From an uncultured Acetobacteraceae bacterium (GTDB taxonomy: Bacteria; Pseudomonadota; Alphaproteobacteria; Acetobacterales; Acetobacteraceae), in the NCBI GenBank assembly GCA_937873225.1, contig CALMVN010000146.1:335-64334 (forward strand): a DNA stretch of 64,000 nucleotides, read 5' to 3'. The notes under the pieces were generated by a model that was not told the origin of the DNA, did not search any database, and worked only from the letters and a program-made list of their open reading frames with translations. Shown here one piece after another: positions 1-9,282 of the stretch (the stretch's first letter is position 1; the number at the start of each line of letters is the position of its first letter). The position numbers and the translations under genes are program-made.

Positions 1-782
1 GGGTCGCCTTCGAGGGCGTCGACATCACGGCGACGGCCGAGCGCGCGCTGCGTCCGCTGCGGCCGCGCATGCAGATGGTGTTCCAGGACTCCTACGCCTC
101 GCTGAACCCCCGCCGGCGCGTCGGCGACCTGATCGCCGAGCCGCTGCGGGTGCATCCCGGTCCGGATGGCGGACGTCGCGGGGCGGCGGAGATCCACGAC
201 CGCCTGCACGAGCTGGTCCGGCTGGTCGGGCTGCCCGAGGCGGCGCTCGCGCGCTACCCGCACGAGTTCTCCGGCGGGCAGCGGCAGCGGATCAACATCG
301 CCCGCGCCCTGGCGCTGTCGCCGCGCCTCGTGGTGGCGGACGAGCCGGTCTCGGCGCTGGACGTGTCGATCCAGGCGCAGATCGTCAACCTGTTCATGGA
401 CCTGCAGCAGGGGCTCGGGCTGACCTACGTGTTCATCGCCCACGACCTCAGCGTGGTGCGACAGGTCGCGACCCGGGTGGCGGTGATGTATCTCGGCAGC
501 GTGGTCGAGCTGGGCCCGGCCGACACGGTGCTGCATGCGCCGGCGCATCCCTACACCGCGGCGCTGATCTCGGCGGTGCCGGAACCGGTGGTGGGGCTCG
601 ATTCCCGGCGCATCCTGCTCAGCGGCGACGTGCCCAGCCCGATCTCGCCGCCGCCCGGCTGCCGCTTCCACACCCGCTGCCCGATCGCGCAAGGGCGCTG
701 CCGCACCGAGCGGCCCGCGCTTCGCGATCTCGGCGACGGGCGGGAGGCCGCCTGCCACTTCCCGCTGGGCCACGCCGCCTGA
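1..782 (+). CDS. Oligopeptide/dipeptide ABC transporter ATP-binding subunit (OppF/DppF-like), 5' truncated by the window edge
   Basis: Frame is open from the window start. Q-loop MVFQDSYASLNPR, signature FSGGQRQR, Walker B VVADEPVSALD, H-loop, and the C-terminal PAHPYT...GCRFHTRCP...CH domain are present. Confidence 0.93.
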   Translation, partial: VAFEGVDITATAERALRPLRPRMQMVFQDSYASLNPRRRVGDLIAEPLRVHPGPDGGRRGAAEIHDRLHELVRLVGLPEAALARYPHEFSGGQRQRINIARALALSPRLVVADEPVSALDVSIQAQIVNLFMDLQQGLGLTYVFIAHDLSVVRQVATRVAVMYLGSVVELGPADTVLHAPAHPYTAALISAVPEPVVGLDSRRILLSGDVPSPISPPPGCRFHTRCPIAQGRCRTERPALRDLGDGREAACHFPLGHAA

Positions 783-791
783 CGGACATCC

Positions 792-1724
792 TCACTGCGC
801 CGCGAGCAGGCCGTCAGGCTCGTTCCGGCCACGCCGCCATTGCCGCGGCGGACGGTTCATCACCCGCTTGAAGGTGGTGCTGAACGCGCTTTCCGACTCG
901 TAGCCGAGCGACACGGCGATGACGGACACCGGATCGTCGGTGTTGGCCAGCCTGTCCCCGGCCAGCCGCATCCGCCAGCGCGTCAGGTAGTCCATCGGCG
1001 TGTCGCCCACCGTCTGCCTGAACCGGAGCGCGAAGCTCGACCGCGACATGCCGGCGCGCCCGGCGAGCTCCGCCAGGGTCCAGCGACGCCCCGGCTCGTC
1101 GTGGATCGCGGCGATCGCCGCCCGCATCCGCTTGTCGCCGAGCGCGAACAGCCAGCCGACCCCGTCCCGCTGTTCCGCCAGGTGGAGCCGAAGCGCCTGC
1201 ACCAGCATCAGGATGGCGAGGTGCTGCGCCACCAGGACGCCGCCCGGCTGCGGGTCGCGCAGCTCCTGCTTCATCCGCTCCAGCGACCAGCGCATCGCCG
1301 CCCGGTCCGCCTCGGTGCGGATGTGCACCACCGGCGGCAGCATACGCAGCAGGAGGTCGGCATGATCGCCGTCCAGCGCGAAGTGGCCGCCGATCGCGGA
1401 GAACGTGCCGCCGCCGTTGAACACGGCGATGCCGCCGGCCGACCGGACGGGAAAGATCGTGCCGGCCTCCACCGGCGGGACGGACAGGTCGCTGGCCAGC
1501 CGGAACGGCCGGCCCCGCGGCAGCAGGAAGCAGTCCCCGGACTGCAGCCGCACCGGGTCGGGAACGCCGTCCATCGACAGCCAGCATTCGCCGGACGCCA
1601 CCGCGTAGCACTTGATGCCCGCGTGGGGGCCGAACCGGATCGACCAGGGAGCGCCGGCGTCGAAGCCGCCGACGACGGTGTTGCGCGGCTTCAACAGCGA
1701 CAGCACGTCTGACAAGGGGTCCAT
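792..1724 (-). CDS. AraC-family transcriptional regulator with N-terminal cupin domain
   Basis: Starts MDPLSDVLSLL (ATG 1724, in frame with ORF 792..2417). C-terminal HTH: WTLAELAGRAGMSRSSFALRF...LGYESESAFSTTFKR. Confidence 0.93.
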   Translation of the reverse strand: MDPLSDVLSLLKPRNTVVGGFDAGAPWSIRFGPHAGIKCYAVASGECWLSMDGVPDPVRLQSGDCFLLPRGRPFRLASDLSVPPVEAGTIFPVRSAGGIAVFNGGGTFSAIGGHFALDGDHADLLLRMLPPVVHIRTEADRAAMRWSLERMKQELRDPQPGGVLVAQHLAILMLVQALRLHLAEQRDGVGWLFALGDKRMRAAIAAIHDEPGRRWTLAELAGRAGMSRSSFALRFRQTVGDTPMDYLTRWRMRLAGDRLANTDDPVSVIAVSLGYESESAFSTTFKRVMNRPPRQWRRGRNEPDGLLAAQ

Positions 1725-1734
1725 GGCACCGGTT

Positions 1735-1780
1735 CCGGACGATCGCGAAGATGAACCGGACCCTACGGCATGGAACGTCC
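1735..1780. promoter_or_regulatory. Putative operator of the adjacent AraC regulator
   Basis: CCGGAC occurs at 1735 and 1756 (21-bp spacing), and GGACG (1737) is inverted against CGTCC (1776). It lies in the divergent araC/SDR intergenic region. Confidence 0.35.
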
Positions 1781-1848
1781 TCGCTGCACGCCTATCCTTG
1801 AGGGCGGCCCGGCGACGCGGCCGCCACATCAAGGCAGGGATCCATCGC

Positions 1849-2742
1849 ATGCGTGTTTTCGTGACCGGAGCGACCGGCTTCGTCGGGTCTGCGGTTGTCG
1901 GGGAGCTGGTCGGCGCCGGCCACCAGGTGGTCGGGCTGGCCCGGTCGGACCAGGCCGCCGGCGTTCTCGCGTCCATGGGCGCCGAGGCGCATCGGGGCGA
2001 CCTGGAGAACCTCGACGCCCTGCGCAGCGGCGCCGCCGCGTCGGACGGCGTGATCCACGCCGGCTTCATCCACGACTTCTCCAGGTTCAAGGAAAGCTGC
2101 GAGGTCGACCGCCGGGCCATCGAGACGATGGCGACGGTCCTCGCCGGCTCCGAACGGCTCCTGGTCGTCACCTCCGGCACCGGGCTGCTGTCGCCGGGAC
2201 AGGTGGCGACCGAGGACACCGAGGCGCCGTCCGACACCGGCTTTCCCCGCGTGTCCGAGCAGGCCGCCTTCGCGGCGGCGGCATCGCTCGGCACGCAGGT
2301 CGCGGTGGTGCGGCTGCCGCCTTCGGTGCACGGCGACGGCGACCACGGCTTCGTGCCGATCCTGATCGGCCTGGCGCGGGAGAAGGGCGAGGCGGCGTTC
2401 GTCGGCGACGGGTCCAACCATTGGCCCGCGGTGCATCGGCTCGACGCCGCAACGGCCTACCGGCTGGTGCTGGAAAAGGGCCGGGGCGGGACGCGCTACC
2501 ACGCGGTCGGGGAATCGGGAGTGCCGTTCCGCGAGATCGCGGAGGTGATCGGACGCCGCCTCGGCGTGCCGGTGGTCGGAAAGACCAAAGAGGAAGCGGC
2601 CGGGCATTTCGGCTGGTTCGCGCACTTCGCGGGGATCGACAACCGCGTCTCCAGCCAGAAGACACGGGACGGGCTCGGCTGGCAGCCGACCGGGCCGGGC
2701 CTGATCGCCGACATCGACCGGCCGGTCTACTTCGGAGGCTAG
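1849..2742 (+). CDS. Extended/atypical SDR oxidoreductase (NAD-dependent epimerase/dehydratase family)
   Basis: [13 protein letters not shown] Rossmann motif, [30 protein letters not shown]. Divergent from the AraC gene. Confidence 0.92.
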   Translation: MRVFVTGATGFVGSAVVGELVGAGHQVVGLARSDQAAGVLASMGAEAHRGDLENLDALRSGAAASDGVIHAGFIHDFSRFKESCEVDRRAIETMATVLAGSERLLVVTSGTGLLSPGQVATEDTEAPSDTGFPRVSEQAAFAAAASLGTQVAVVRLPPSVHGDGDHGFVPILIGLAREKGEAAFVGDGSNHWPAVHRLDAATAYRLVLEKGRGGTRYHAVGESGVPFREIAEVIGRRLGVPVVGKTKEEAAGHFGWFAHFAGIDNRVSSQKTRDGLGWQPTGPGLIADIDRPVYFGG

Positions 2743-3221
2743 CCGGTCGCGAAGCCCGCCTTGCGCAGGCGCGCCACCGCCGTGTCCAGCGCGTTCAGGA
2801 ACGCCGACCGGTCCTTCGGCCCGAACGGCCGGGGGCCGCCGGTGACCTGGCCCACCGCACGCAGGTCCTCCAGGAGGTTGCGCGTCGCCAGCGTCATGCC
2901 GATCGAGTCGGCGTCGAACCGGCGGCCGGTCGGCCCCAGCACCTCGGCGCCGCTCTTCACGCAGGCGGCCGCCAGCGGCACGTCGGCGGTGACCACGACG
3001 TCGCCGCGCACGGCGCGCTCTGCGATCCACCGGTCCGCCACGTCCGGGCCCGCCTCCACCACCACCCGCTCGACCAGGGCCGAGCGGGGGATTGCGATCA
3101 GGCTGTTCGACACCACGAACACCGCGAGCCGGTAGCGCTCGGCGACCCGGTAGATCTCCGCCTTGACCGGGCAGGCGTCGGCGTCGACGAGGATGCGGAT
3201 CGGCCGTGGCGGTTCGGTCAT
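2739..3221 (-). CDS. yaiI: YaiI/YqxD family protein (UPF0178)
   Basis: [45 protein letters not shown]. Confidence 0.9.
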   Translation of the reverse strand: MTEPPRPIRILVDADACPVKAEIYRVAERYRLAVFVVSNSLIAIPRSALVERVVVEAGPDVADRWIAERAVRGDVVVTADVPLAAACVKSGAEVLGPTGRRFDADSIGMTLATRNLLEDLRAVGQVTGGPRPFGPKDRSAFLNALDTAVARLRKAGFATG

Positions 3222-3222
3222 A

Positions 3223-3273
3223 AACGCTGGCTATCGCACCGGGGCAGCGTTGAACACCGTTCACCCGTGCGAT
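3223..3273 (+). other. Candidate structured RNA leader (possible H-type pseudoknot) upstream of ynfA
   Basis: Interleaved pairings AACGCTG 3223-29 / CAGCGTT 3245-51 and ATCGCAC 3233-39 / GTGCGAT 3267-73, plus hairpin TGAAC-acc-GTTCA 3251-63. The structure ends 2 nt before GGAG. Confidence 0.3.
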
Positions 3274-3286
3274 CGGAGCCGCTCCC

Positions 3287-3613
3287 CTGTCCGTCCTGCT
3301 CGTGTTCCCTGCCGCAGCCCTGGCCGAGATCGCCGGCTGCTTCTCGTTCTGGGCGGTCCTGCGCCTGCACCGCTCGATCTGGTGGCTCCTGCCCGGCCTC
3401 GTCGCGCTGGTGCTGTTCGCCGTCCTGCTCACGCGGGTGGATGTCGTGGAGGCCGGGCGCGCCTATGCGACCTATGGCGGCGTCTACATCTGTGCGTCGC
3501 TGGCCTGGCTCTGGGCGGTCGAGGGTGTGCGCCCTGACCGCTGGGACCTGCTCGGTGCCGCCACCTGCCTGCTCGGCGCCGGCATCATCCTGTTCGGCCC
3601 GCGGGCCGGGTAG
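3287..3613 (+). CDS. ynfA: YnfA family small membrane protein (UPF0060, SMR-like)
   Basis: [41 protein letters not shown] at 3275-78 suggests a CTG start at 3287; the alternative is GTG 3302. Confidence 0.9.
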   Translation: MSVLLVFPAAALAEIAGCFSFWAVLRLHRSIWWLLPGLVALVLFAVLLTRVDVVEAGRAYATYGGVYICASLAWLWAVEGVRPDRWDLLGAATCLLGAGIILFGPRAG

Positions 3614-3684
3614 GTGCCGTCCCCGATCCGGTCCCCTTCGCCCGGCGGCGTCCGCTCCGTCCCGCGCCGCCGCCGACCGGAACC

Positions 3685-4656
3685 TCAGCTGACGTGCAGC
3701 GCGTCCAGCGTGGTCCGCACCGCGTCGGCAAGCGGCGTGTGCGGTTCCTCGCCGAGGAACGCGACCAGCCTGCGGTTGTCGAGCCGGACGGGGGTCCGCC
3801 ACAGGTAGCGCATCGCGTAGACCTCGCGCGGCGTCTGCCGGACCAGGCCGGCGAGGCCGAGCAGCGGCCAGGGCAGCGGCTTGACCCGGGTGCCGGGGCG
3901 GCCGACGGCGAAGGCGATCGCACGCGTCATGACGGTTCCGTCCGCGTCCCAGGTGCCGGTGAAGTGGAACCGGGCGAACGGATCGAGCTCGTCCGACCGG
4001 TCCAGCAGTTGGGCGATCGTCTCGCCGGCGTCGGGCAGGTAGGCCCAGCTGTGGCCCACGTTCCTGCTGCCCGGGTAGGTGATCGCGGCCAGGGGCCTGC
4101 CCGGCCTGACGAGCCCCTGGCTGAACCAGTTGTTGCCGCCGACCGGGCCGAAGAAGTCGCCGAAGCGGACGATCAGGGCCGGCGCGCCGGCGTGGCTGGC
4201 CGCTTCCAGCCGTCGTTCGAGCGCCACGCGGATGCGGCCCTTTTCCGTCACCGGGTTCTGCGGCGCCTCCTCGACCAGGTCCGGGAAGGCGTCGAAGCCG
4301 TAGTTGTAGATCGTGCCCGGCAGGACGATGCGCGCGCCGGTCGCCCGGGCCGCAGCGATGCTGTTGTCGATCATGGGCAGCACCAGCTCGCCCCAGTTGC
4401 GGTAGCCCGGCGGGTTCACCGCGTGGACGATCGCCGACATGCCCTCCGCGGCCCGGCGCACGTCGGCAGCACGGGTTGCGTCGCCGGCGATCCAGGTCAC
4501 GCTGTTGAGCCGGTCCGCCGCGGCCTTCGCCGCGGCGGCCGGGCGCCGTGCCATCGCCACCACCGACCAGCCATGCCGCAGCAGCGCAGCCGCCGCTTCG
4601 CCGCCGATGCCGCCGGTGGCGCCCAGAACCAGGGCCGTCCTGTTGCTGCTGCTCAT
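3685..4656 (-). CDS. NAD-dependent epimerase/dehydratase (NmrA-like)
   Basis: ALVLGATGGIGG, IVHAVNPPGY, VLPGTIYNYG, HSWAYLPD. ATG 4656 has GGAGG upstream. Confidence 0.9.
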   Translation of the reverse strand: MSSSNRTALVLGATGGIGGEAAAALLRHGWSVVAMARRPAAAAKAAADRLNSVTWIAGDATRAADVRRAAEGMSAIVHAVNPPGYRNWGELVLPMIDNSIAAARATGARIVLPGTIYNYGFDAFPDLVEEAPQNPVTEKGRIRVALERRLEAASHAGAPALIVRFGDFFGPVGGNNWFSQGLVRPGRPLAAITYPGSRNVGHSWAYLPDAGETIAQLLDRSDELDPFARFHFTGTWDADGTVMTRAIAFAVGRPGTRVKPLPWPLLGLAGLVRQTPREVYAMRYLWRTPVRLDNRRLVAFLGEEPHTPLADAVRTTLDALHVS

Positions 4657-4743
4657 CACGTGTCCTCCGTCCGGACCGGAGGGTGCGGCGCGCCGGACAT
4701 GGAAGGAATTGTCAGAACCTGTCCAGCAACTAGCATATTTCCA

Positions 4744-5661
4744 ATGAGCGGCCCGATCGACTGGAACGACCAGCGCGCCTTCCTCGCCGTGCTGGAGGAA
4801 GGCAGCCTGTCCGGCGCGGCCCGGCGCCTCGGCGTCGCGCAGCCGACGGTCCGGGCCCGCGTCGAGGCCCTGGAGCACGCGCTCGGGACCGTGCTGTTCA
4901 TCCGGTCGCCCAGGGGACTGGTGCCGACGGAGGAGGCGCGGGCGCTCGGCACGTCCGCACGGGCGATGGCACGCGCATCGGACGCCTTTGTCCGCGCCGC
5001 GTCGGCCGCGCCGGACCGGGCCTCCGGCGTGGTCCGGCTCAGCGTGTCCGAGTTCGTCGGCATCGAGGTGCTGCCGTCCATGCTGGTGAGGCTGCGGGAG
5101 CGGCACCCGGGCCTGATCCTCGAGGTCGTGCTGAGCAACGCGTCGGCCAACCTGCTGGAGCAGGAGGCCGACATCGCCGTGCGGATGAGCCCGCCCCGGC
5201 AGGAGGCGCTGGTCGCCAGGAAGGTCGCCTCGATCCCGCTGGGCCTGTTCGCGCATGTCGACTACCTGGCCCGCCGTGGCCGGCCGGACAGGCTCGACGA
5301 CCTCGCCCGCCACGACCTGATCGGTCCCGATCGCGCACCGGCCGACCTGAAAACGGCCGCGACGCTGCTTCCCGGTCTCGGTCGCGACCGGTTCGTGGTC
5401 AGGACCGACAGCCATCCTGCCCAGCTGGCGGCGGCACGGGCAGGCCTGGGCATCGCCGCGGTCCAGTGCCCGGTGGGCCTTGCCGACCCGGTGCTGGACG
5501 CGGTCCTGCCCGACCTCGCGATCGGGACGCTGGACACCTGGATTGTCACCCACGAGGACCTGCACGACCTGCCGCGGGTGCGCGCCGTGTTCGACTGCCT
5601 GGCGGACGCGTTCCGGGAGTTCGGCCGGGCGGCCGACCCCGGCTCCCGTGCGGCGCGATGA
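4744..5661 (+). CDS. LysR-family transcriptional regulator
   Basis: DWNDQRAFLAVLEEGSLSGAARRLGVAQPTVRARVEALE HTH, then a substrate-binding domain (ADIAVRM). Divergent from the epimerase. Confidence 0.95.
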   Translation: MSGPIDWNDQRAFLAVLEEGSLSGAARRLGVAQPTVRARVEALEHALGTVLFIRSPRGLVPTEEARALGTSARAMARASDAFVRAASAAPDRASGVVRLSVSEFVGIEVLPSMLVRLRERHPGLILEVVLSNASANLLEQEADIAVRMSPPRQEALVARKVASIPLGLFAHVDYLARRGRPDRLDDLARHDLIGPDRAPADLKTAATLLPGLGRDRFVVRTDSHPAQLAAARAGLGIAAVQCPVGLADPVLDAVLPDLAIGTLDTWIVTHEDLHDLPRVRAVFDCLADAFREFGRAADPGSRAAR

Positions 5662-5662
5662 G

Positions 5663-6181
5663 CTAGACGTCCAGCCGGGCCAGCACGTCCTTCAGGGTGC
5701 CGGCGACCGTGTCCTCCGCCACCACCACCATCACCTGTTCGCCCTCCCCCGGCTCCTCCAGCGTGCGCAGCTGGGTGGGGAGCAGGCTGCTCGGCATGTA
5801 GTGGTGGGTGCGCCGGTCCAGCCGATCCTTGAGCACCGCTTCCGGCACCTTGAGGTAGAGGAACCACACGTCGTCCAGGCCCTGCGACAGGACCTCGCGA
5901 TAGGAGCGCTTCAGCGCCGAGCAGGTCAGGATGCCCGGCTCGTGCTTGTCGTGCCGGGCACGGATCCAGCCGGCGCAGACGGCCAGCCAGGGCGCCCGAT
6001 CGGCGTCGTCGAGCGGGATGCCGTTGCGCATCTTCTCCACGTTGGCCGGCGGGTGCAGCTCGTCGCCTTCCTGGAACTTCCAGCCGAGCGTGTCGTGCAG
6101 GCCCGATGCCACGCTGGACTTGCCGGAGCCGGACACTCCCATCACCACCAGGATCCGCGGTCGCACCATGGGCCCGGTCAT
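5663..6181 (-). CDS. gntK: Gluconokinase
   Basis: VMGVSGSGKS P-loop, EGDELHPPANVEKM, LDDADRAPWL, TCSALKRSYR, HYMPSSLLPTQLRTLE. Start overlaps the rpiA stop. Confidence 0.95.
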   Translation of the reverse strand: MTGPMVRPRILVVMGVSGSGKSSVASGLHDTLGWKFQEGDELHPPANVEKMRNGIPLDDADRAPWLAVCAGWIRARHDKHEPGILTCSALKRSYREVLSQGLDDVWFLYLKVPEAVLKDRLDRRTHHYMPSSLLPTQLRTLEEPGEGEQVMVVVAEDTVAGTLKDVLARLDV

Positions 6182-6870
6182 TCCCGTTCGAGGCGCTGCA
6201 CGCCGTCCGCACTCGCCACCAGGGCGAGGACGGCGCGGTTGATGAACAGCCCGCATTCCAGCACGCCGACGATCGCACGGATCGCGGCCTCGGTGTCCGC
6301 CGGATCGTCGAGCGGGGCGAAGGCGCAGTCGAGGATCATGTTGCCGCCGTCGGTGACGAACAGCGTGCCGCCGCGGTCCCGTCGCGGCGTGGGCCGCGCG
6401 CCCAGCAGGCCGAGTTGGCGCGCCACGGACTCCCAGCCGAACGACGACACCTCGACCGGGACCGGCGCGTGCGTGCCCAGCCGGTCCACCAGCTTGCTGT
6501 GGTCCGCCACCACCACCATGCGCTTCGACGACGCCGCCACGATCTTCTCGCGCAGCAGCGCGCCGCCCAGCCCCTTGACCAGGTTCAGCGTGCCGCGCTC
6601 GATCTCGTCGGCGCCGTCGATGGTGAGGTCGATCTCGGCGTGGTCGGCGAAGCCCGCGATGGCGATGCCGAGCGCGCGCGCCTGCGCCTCGCTGCGCTTC
6701 GAGGTCGGGATGCCGACGAAGCGCAGGCCCTCCCTCACCCGCTCGCCCAGGCTGTCGATCACGCATTCGGCGGTGGAGCCGGTGCCGAGGCCCACCACCA
6801 TGCCGTCCTCGACCAGCCGGGCCGCTTCGGCGCCCACCTGCCGCTTCAGGGCCTGGGCCGGGTCATCCAT
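6178..6870 (-). CDS. rpiA: Ribose-5-phosphate isomerase A
   Basis: VGLGTGSTA, DLTIDGADE, KGLGGALLREK, VPVEV, TDGGNMILD. Confidence 0.97.
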   Translation of the reverse strand: MDDPAQALKRQVGAEAARLVEDGMVVGLGTGSTAECVIDSLGERVREGLRFVGIPTSKRSEAQARALGIAIAGFADHAEIDLTIDGADEIERGTLNLVKGLGGALLREKIVAASSKRMVVVADHSKLVDRLGTHAPVPVEVSSFGWESVARQLGLLGARPTPRRDRGGTLFVTDGGNMILDCAFAPLDDPADTEAAIRAIVGVLECGLFINRAVLALVASADGVQRLERE

Positions 6871-7606
6871 GGGAGGCGGATCCGGCGGCGGCCCGGTCCA
6901 GCACCCAGATCAGCTCGCCCTCGGTCGCGACGTGCGTCGACGGCAGCGTAGCGTCGCCGCCGCGGACCTTGGCCACCACCTCGGCCTTGGCTGCACCCGC
7001 GACCAGGAACAGCACCGCGCGGCTGCTGGCGATCGCCGGGTAGGTCAGGGTCAGGCGCGTGTGCGGGGCGTCGTGCGGCACGCAGGTGCCCACCCAGGCC
7101 TCGCGTTCCTCCAGCACGTCGGTGCCCGGGAACAGCGAGGCGGTGTGGCCATTCTCGCCCAGGCCCAGCAGCACCACGTCGAACAGCGGACGGCCGGGCT
7201 CGATGGTCTCCGCGCCGTACTGCATCCGCAGCTCGCGCTCGTAGCGCCGCGCCGCGTCGGCCGGGTCGCCGTCGGTCGGCATGCGGTGCACCGAGTTCGG
7301 CGGCACCGGCACGTGCGACAGCATCGCCAGGTTGGCCATGTTGTAGTTGCTCGACGGGTCGGCCGGCGGCACGAAGCGCTCGTCGCCGAAGAACAGCTGC
7401 ACCCGGTCCCACGGGAACCGCTTGGCGTAGCTTCCACCGGCCAGGATCTCGTACAACCGCTTGGGCGTCGAGCCGCCGGACAGCGCCACGGTGAACGGCC
7501 CGTCGGCGGCGATCGCCCGCTCGGTCAGGAAGTCGGCGGCGTAGTGCGCGACCGCCTCGGCGTCGTCCAGCACCTCGACACGGCCAGTGGTGGCGTCGCT
7601 GCTCAT
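6863..7606 (-). CDS. pgl: 6-phosphogluconolactonase
   Basis: ALSGGSTP, FFGDERFVP, SNYNMA, FDVVLLGLGENGHTASLFP, RLTLTYP. ATG 7606 is the 3' part of ORF 6863..8947. Confidence 0.96.
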   Translation of the reverse strand: MSSDATTGRVEVLDDAEAVAHYAADFLTERAIAADGPFTVALSGGSTPKRLYEILAGGSYAKRFPWDRVQLFFGDERFVPPADPSSNYNMANLAMLSHVPVPPNSVHRMPTDGDPADAARRYERELRMQYGAETIEPGRPLFDVVLLGLGENGHTASLFPGTDVLEEREAWVGTCVPHDAPHTRLTLTYPAIASSRAVLFLVAGAAKAEVVAKVRGGDATLPSTHVATEGELIWVLDRAAAGSASHG

Positions 7607-8421
7607 GGCGCGTTCCCCAGCACGTAGCGCTCGATCGCCTTGGCGAAGCCCTCCTCCTCGGAGGAGTCGCTCACGTGGGTGGCGGCCTGCTTCACCTCGT
7701 CGCTGGACTGCCCCATCGCGATCGACAGGCCGCTCTTCCTGAACATCAGCACGTCGTTGGGCTGGTCGCCGAGGGTAGCGATCTCCGCAGCCTTGATGCC
7801 GAGCATGCGCTCCAGGCTGGCGACGACGCCGCCCTTGTTCGCCTGCGGGTGCGTCACGTCGAGGTAGTACGGCTGCGAGCGTGCCGCCGAGGCGGTGTCG
7901 CCGAGCGCCTCCTGCGCGTCGCGCTCCACCTTCTTCATCAGCTCGAGGTCGTCGCTGACGCCGACGATCTTCACCGCCGAGTCCAGCGCCGCGCCGAAGT
8001 CGCTCGTCACCTTGGGCGCGAACTTCACCGTCCACTGCTCGCGATCGACGTGCGGCCCCTTGGCGTCCGGAACCAGCCAGTCCTCGCCGCTGTACACCCA
8101 GACGTCGACCTTGTGGTCGCGCAGCACCTGCACGGTCTGGTCCGCCGCCTTGCGCGGCAGCGTCTTCGCCTCGATGATCGACAGGTCCGGATGCACGAAC
8201 AGCCCGCCGTTGAAGCCGGCGATCGGCTCGGTGATGCCGAGCGGCTCGATCAGCATGTTCATCCCCTTCGGCGGCCGTCCGCTGGTGATGGCGAAGCGGA
8301 TGCCGCGCTCGCGCAGGGTGCGCACCGCGCGGATCGCCCGCTCGGTCAGGATCTTCTCCTTGGTCACCAGCGTGCCGTCCACATCGGCCAGCACCAGGCT
8401 GATCTTCATCGGCTCGGCCAT
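7603..8421 (-). CDS. Cof-type HAD-IIB phosphatase (copy 1)
   Basis: Motif I DVDGT, motif II TSGR, ANKG, motif IV GDQPNDVLMF, AMGQS. Confidence 0.93.
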   Translation of the reverse strand: MAEPMKISLVLADVDGTLVTKEKILTERAIRAVRTLRERGIRFAITSGRPPKGMNMLIEPLGITEPIAGFNGGLFVHPDLSIIEAKTLPRKAADQTVQVLRDHKVDVWVYSGEDWLVPDAKGPHVDREQWTVKFAPKVTSDFGAALDSAVKIVGVSDDLELMKKVERDAQEALGDTASAARSQPYYLDVTHPQANKGGVVASLERMLGIKAAEIATLGDQPNDVLMFRKSGLSIAMGQSSDEVKQAATHVSDSSEEEGFAKAIERYVLGNAP

Positions 8422-8439
8422 CCCGTTCCCGTTCCTGTT

Positions 8440-9282
8440 CTAGGCCGTCGGCGCACGCGGCAGGATCAGCTCCTCGACCGCCTGCGCCCAGCCGTTCTCC
8501 GCGTTGGTCGCGGTCACGAAATGCGCCGCCTCGGCCACCTGCGCCGGCGCGTTGCCCATCGCCACGCCGAGGCCGGCGGCCTGCAGCATGGAGATGTCGT
8601 TGTCCATGTCGCCGATGCAGGCGAGCTCGGTCGGATCCACGCCCAGGATCGCGGCCAGGCGCAGCGCCGCACGGCCCTTGTTGGCCTCCGGATGGGTGAC
8701 GTCGAGATACCAGGGCGAGGAGCGGTGCGCGCTGACCTCGCCCGCCAGCATCGCCTGCAGCTCGATCTCCACCCGCTCCAGCAGCGGATAGTCCGTGGTG
8801 GCACCCATGATCTTGCCGATCCGGTCGTAGAACGGCTCGAACGACTCGACCACCGTGGGCTCGAACTGCACCGCCTTCTGCTCGCGCGGCACGAAGGCGC
8901 CGGCGGCGTCGCGTATCACCCACTGGTGTCCGGTGAACAGCCAGCACTCAATGCGGTTGGTGGTCAGCGTCTCGACCGCGAGGCGCGCCGCCTGGGCGTC
9001 GAGCGACTGCAGCTCCAGCACGCTGCCGTCGGCGGCGACGATCTCGCCGCCGTTCAGCCCGGCGGCAGGAGTGTCGATCCCGAGCGGCCCGAGATACATC
9101 CGCATCCCGCGCACCGACCGGCTGCTCGCCAGGCACAGCATGATCCCCGCCTCGCGCAGCCTTTCCGCCGCCGCGAGGGTCGATGGGGCGAGCTGCTTGT
9201 CGGGGCCGATGATGGTGCCGTCGATGTCCGACACCAGCAGCCTGATGCAGGACGACGGGGCCGCGCGCGGCGGGATCATCAT
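8440..9282 (-). CDS. Cof-type HAD-IIB phosphatase (copy 2)
   Basis: DIDGT, ASSR, YLDVTHPEANKG, GDMDNDISML, VAMGNA. Start overlaps the zwf stop. Confidence 0.93.
   Translation of the reverse strand: MMIPPRAAPSSCIRLLVSDIDGTIIGPDKQLAPSTLAAAERLREAGIMLCLASSRSVRGMRMYLGPLGIDTPAAGLNGGEIVAADGSVLELQSLDAQAARLAVETLTTNRIECWLFTGHQWVIRDAAGAFVPREQKAVQFEPTVVESFEPFYDRIGKIMGATTDYPLLERVEIELQAMLAGEVSAHRSSPWYLDVTHPEANKGRAALRLAAILGVDPTELACIGDMDNDISMLQAAGLGVAMGNAPAQVAEAAHFVTATNAENGWAQAVEELILPRAPTA

Noticed and set aside
8425-8440. Three GTTC units between the HAD genes
   Set aside because: The 6-bp period gives N2 and N8 spacing, not the N7 of a LexA box. It is probably a purine-rich RBS region on the minus strand.
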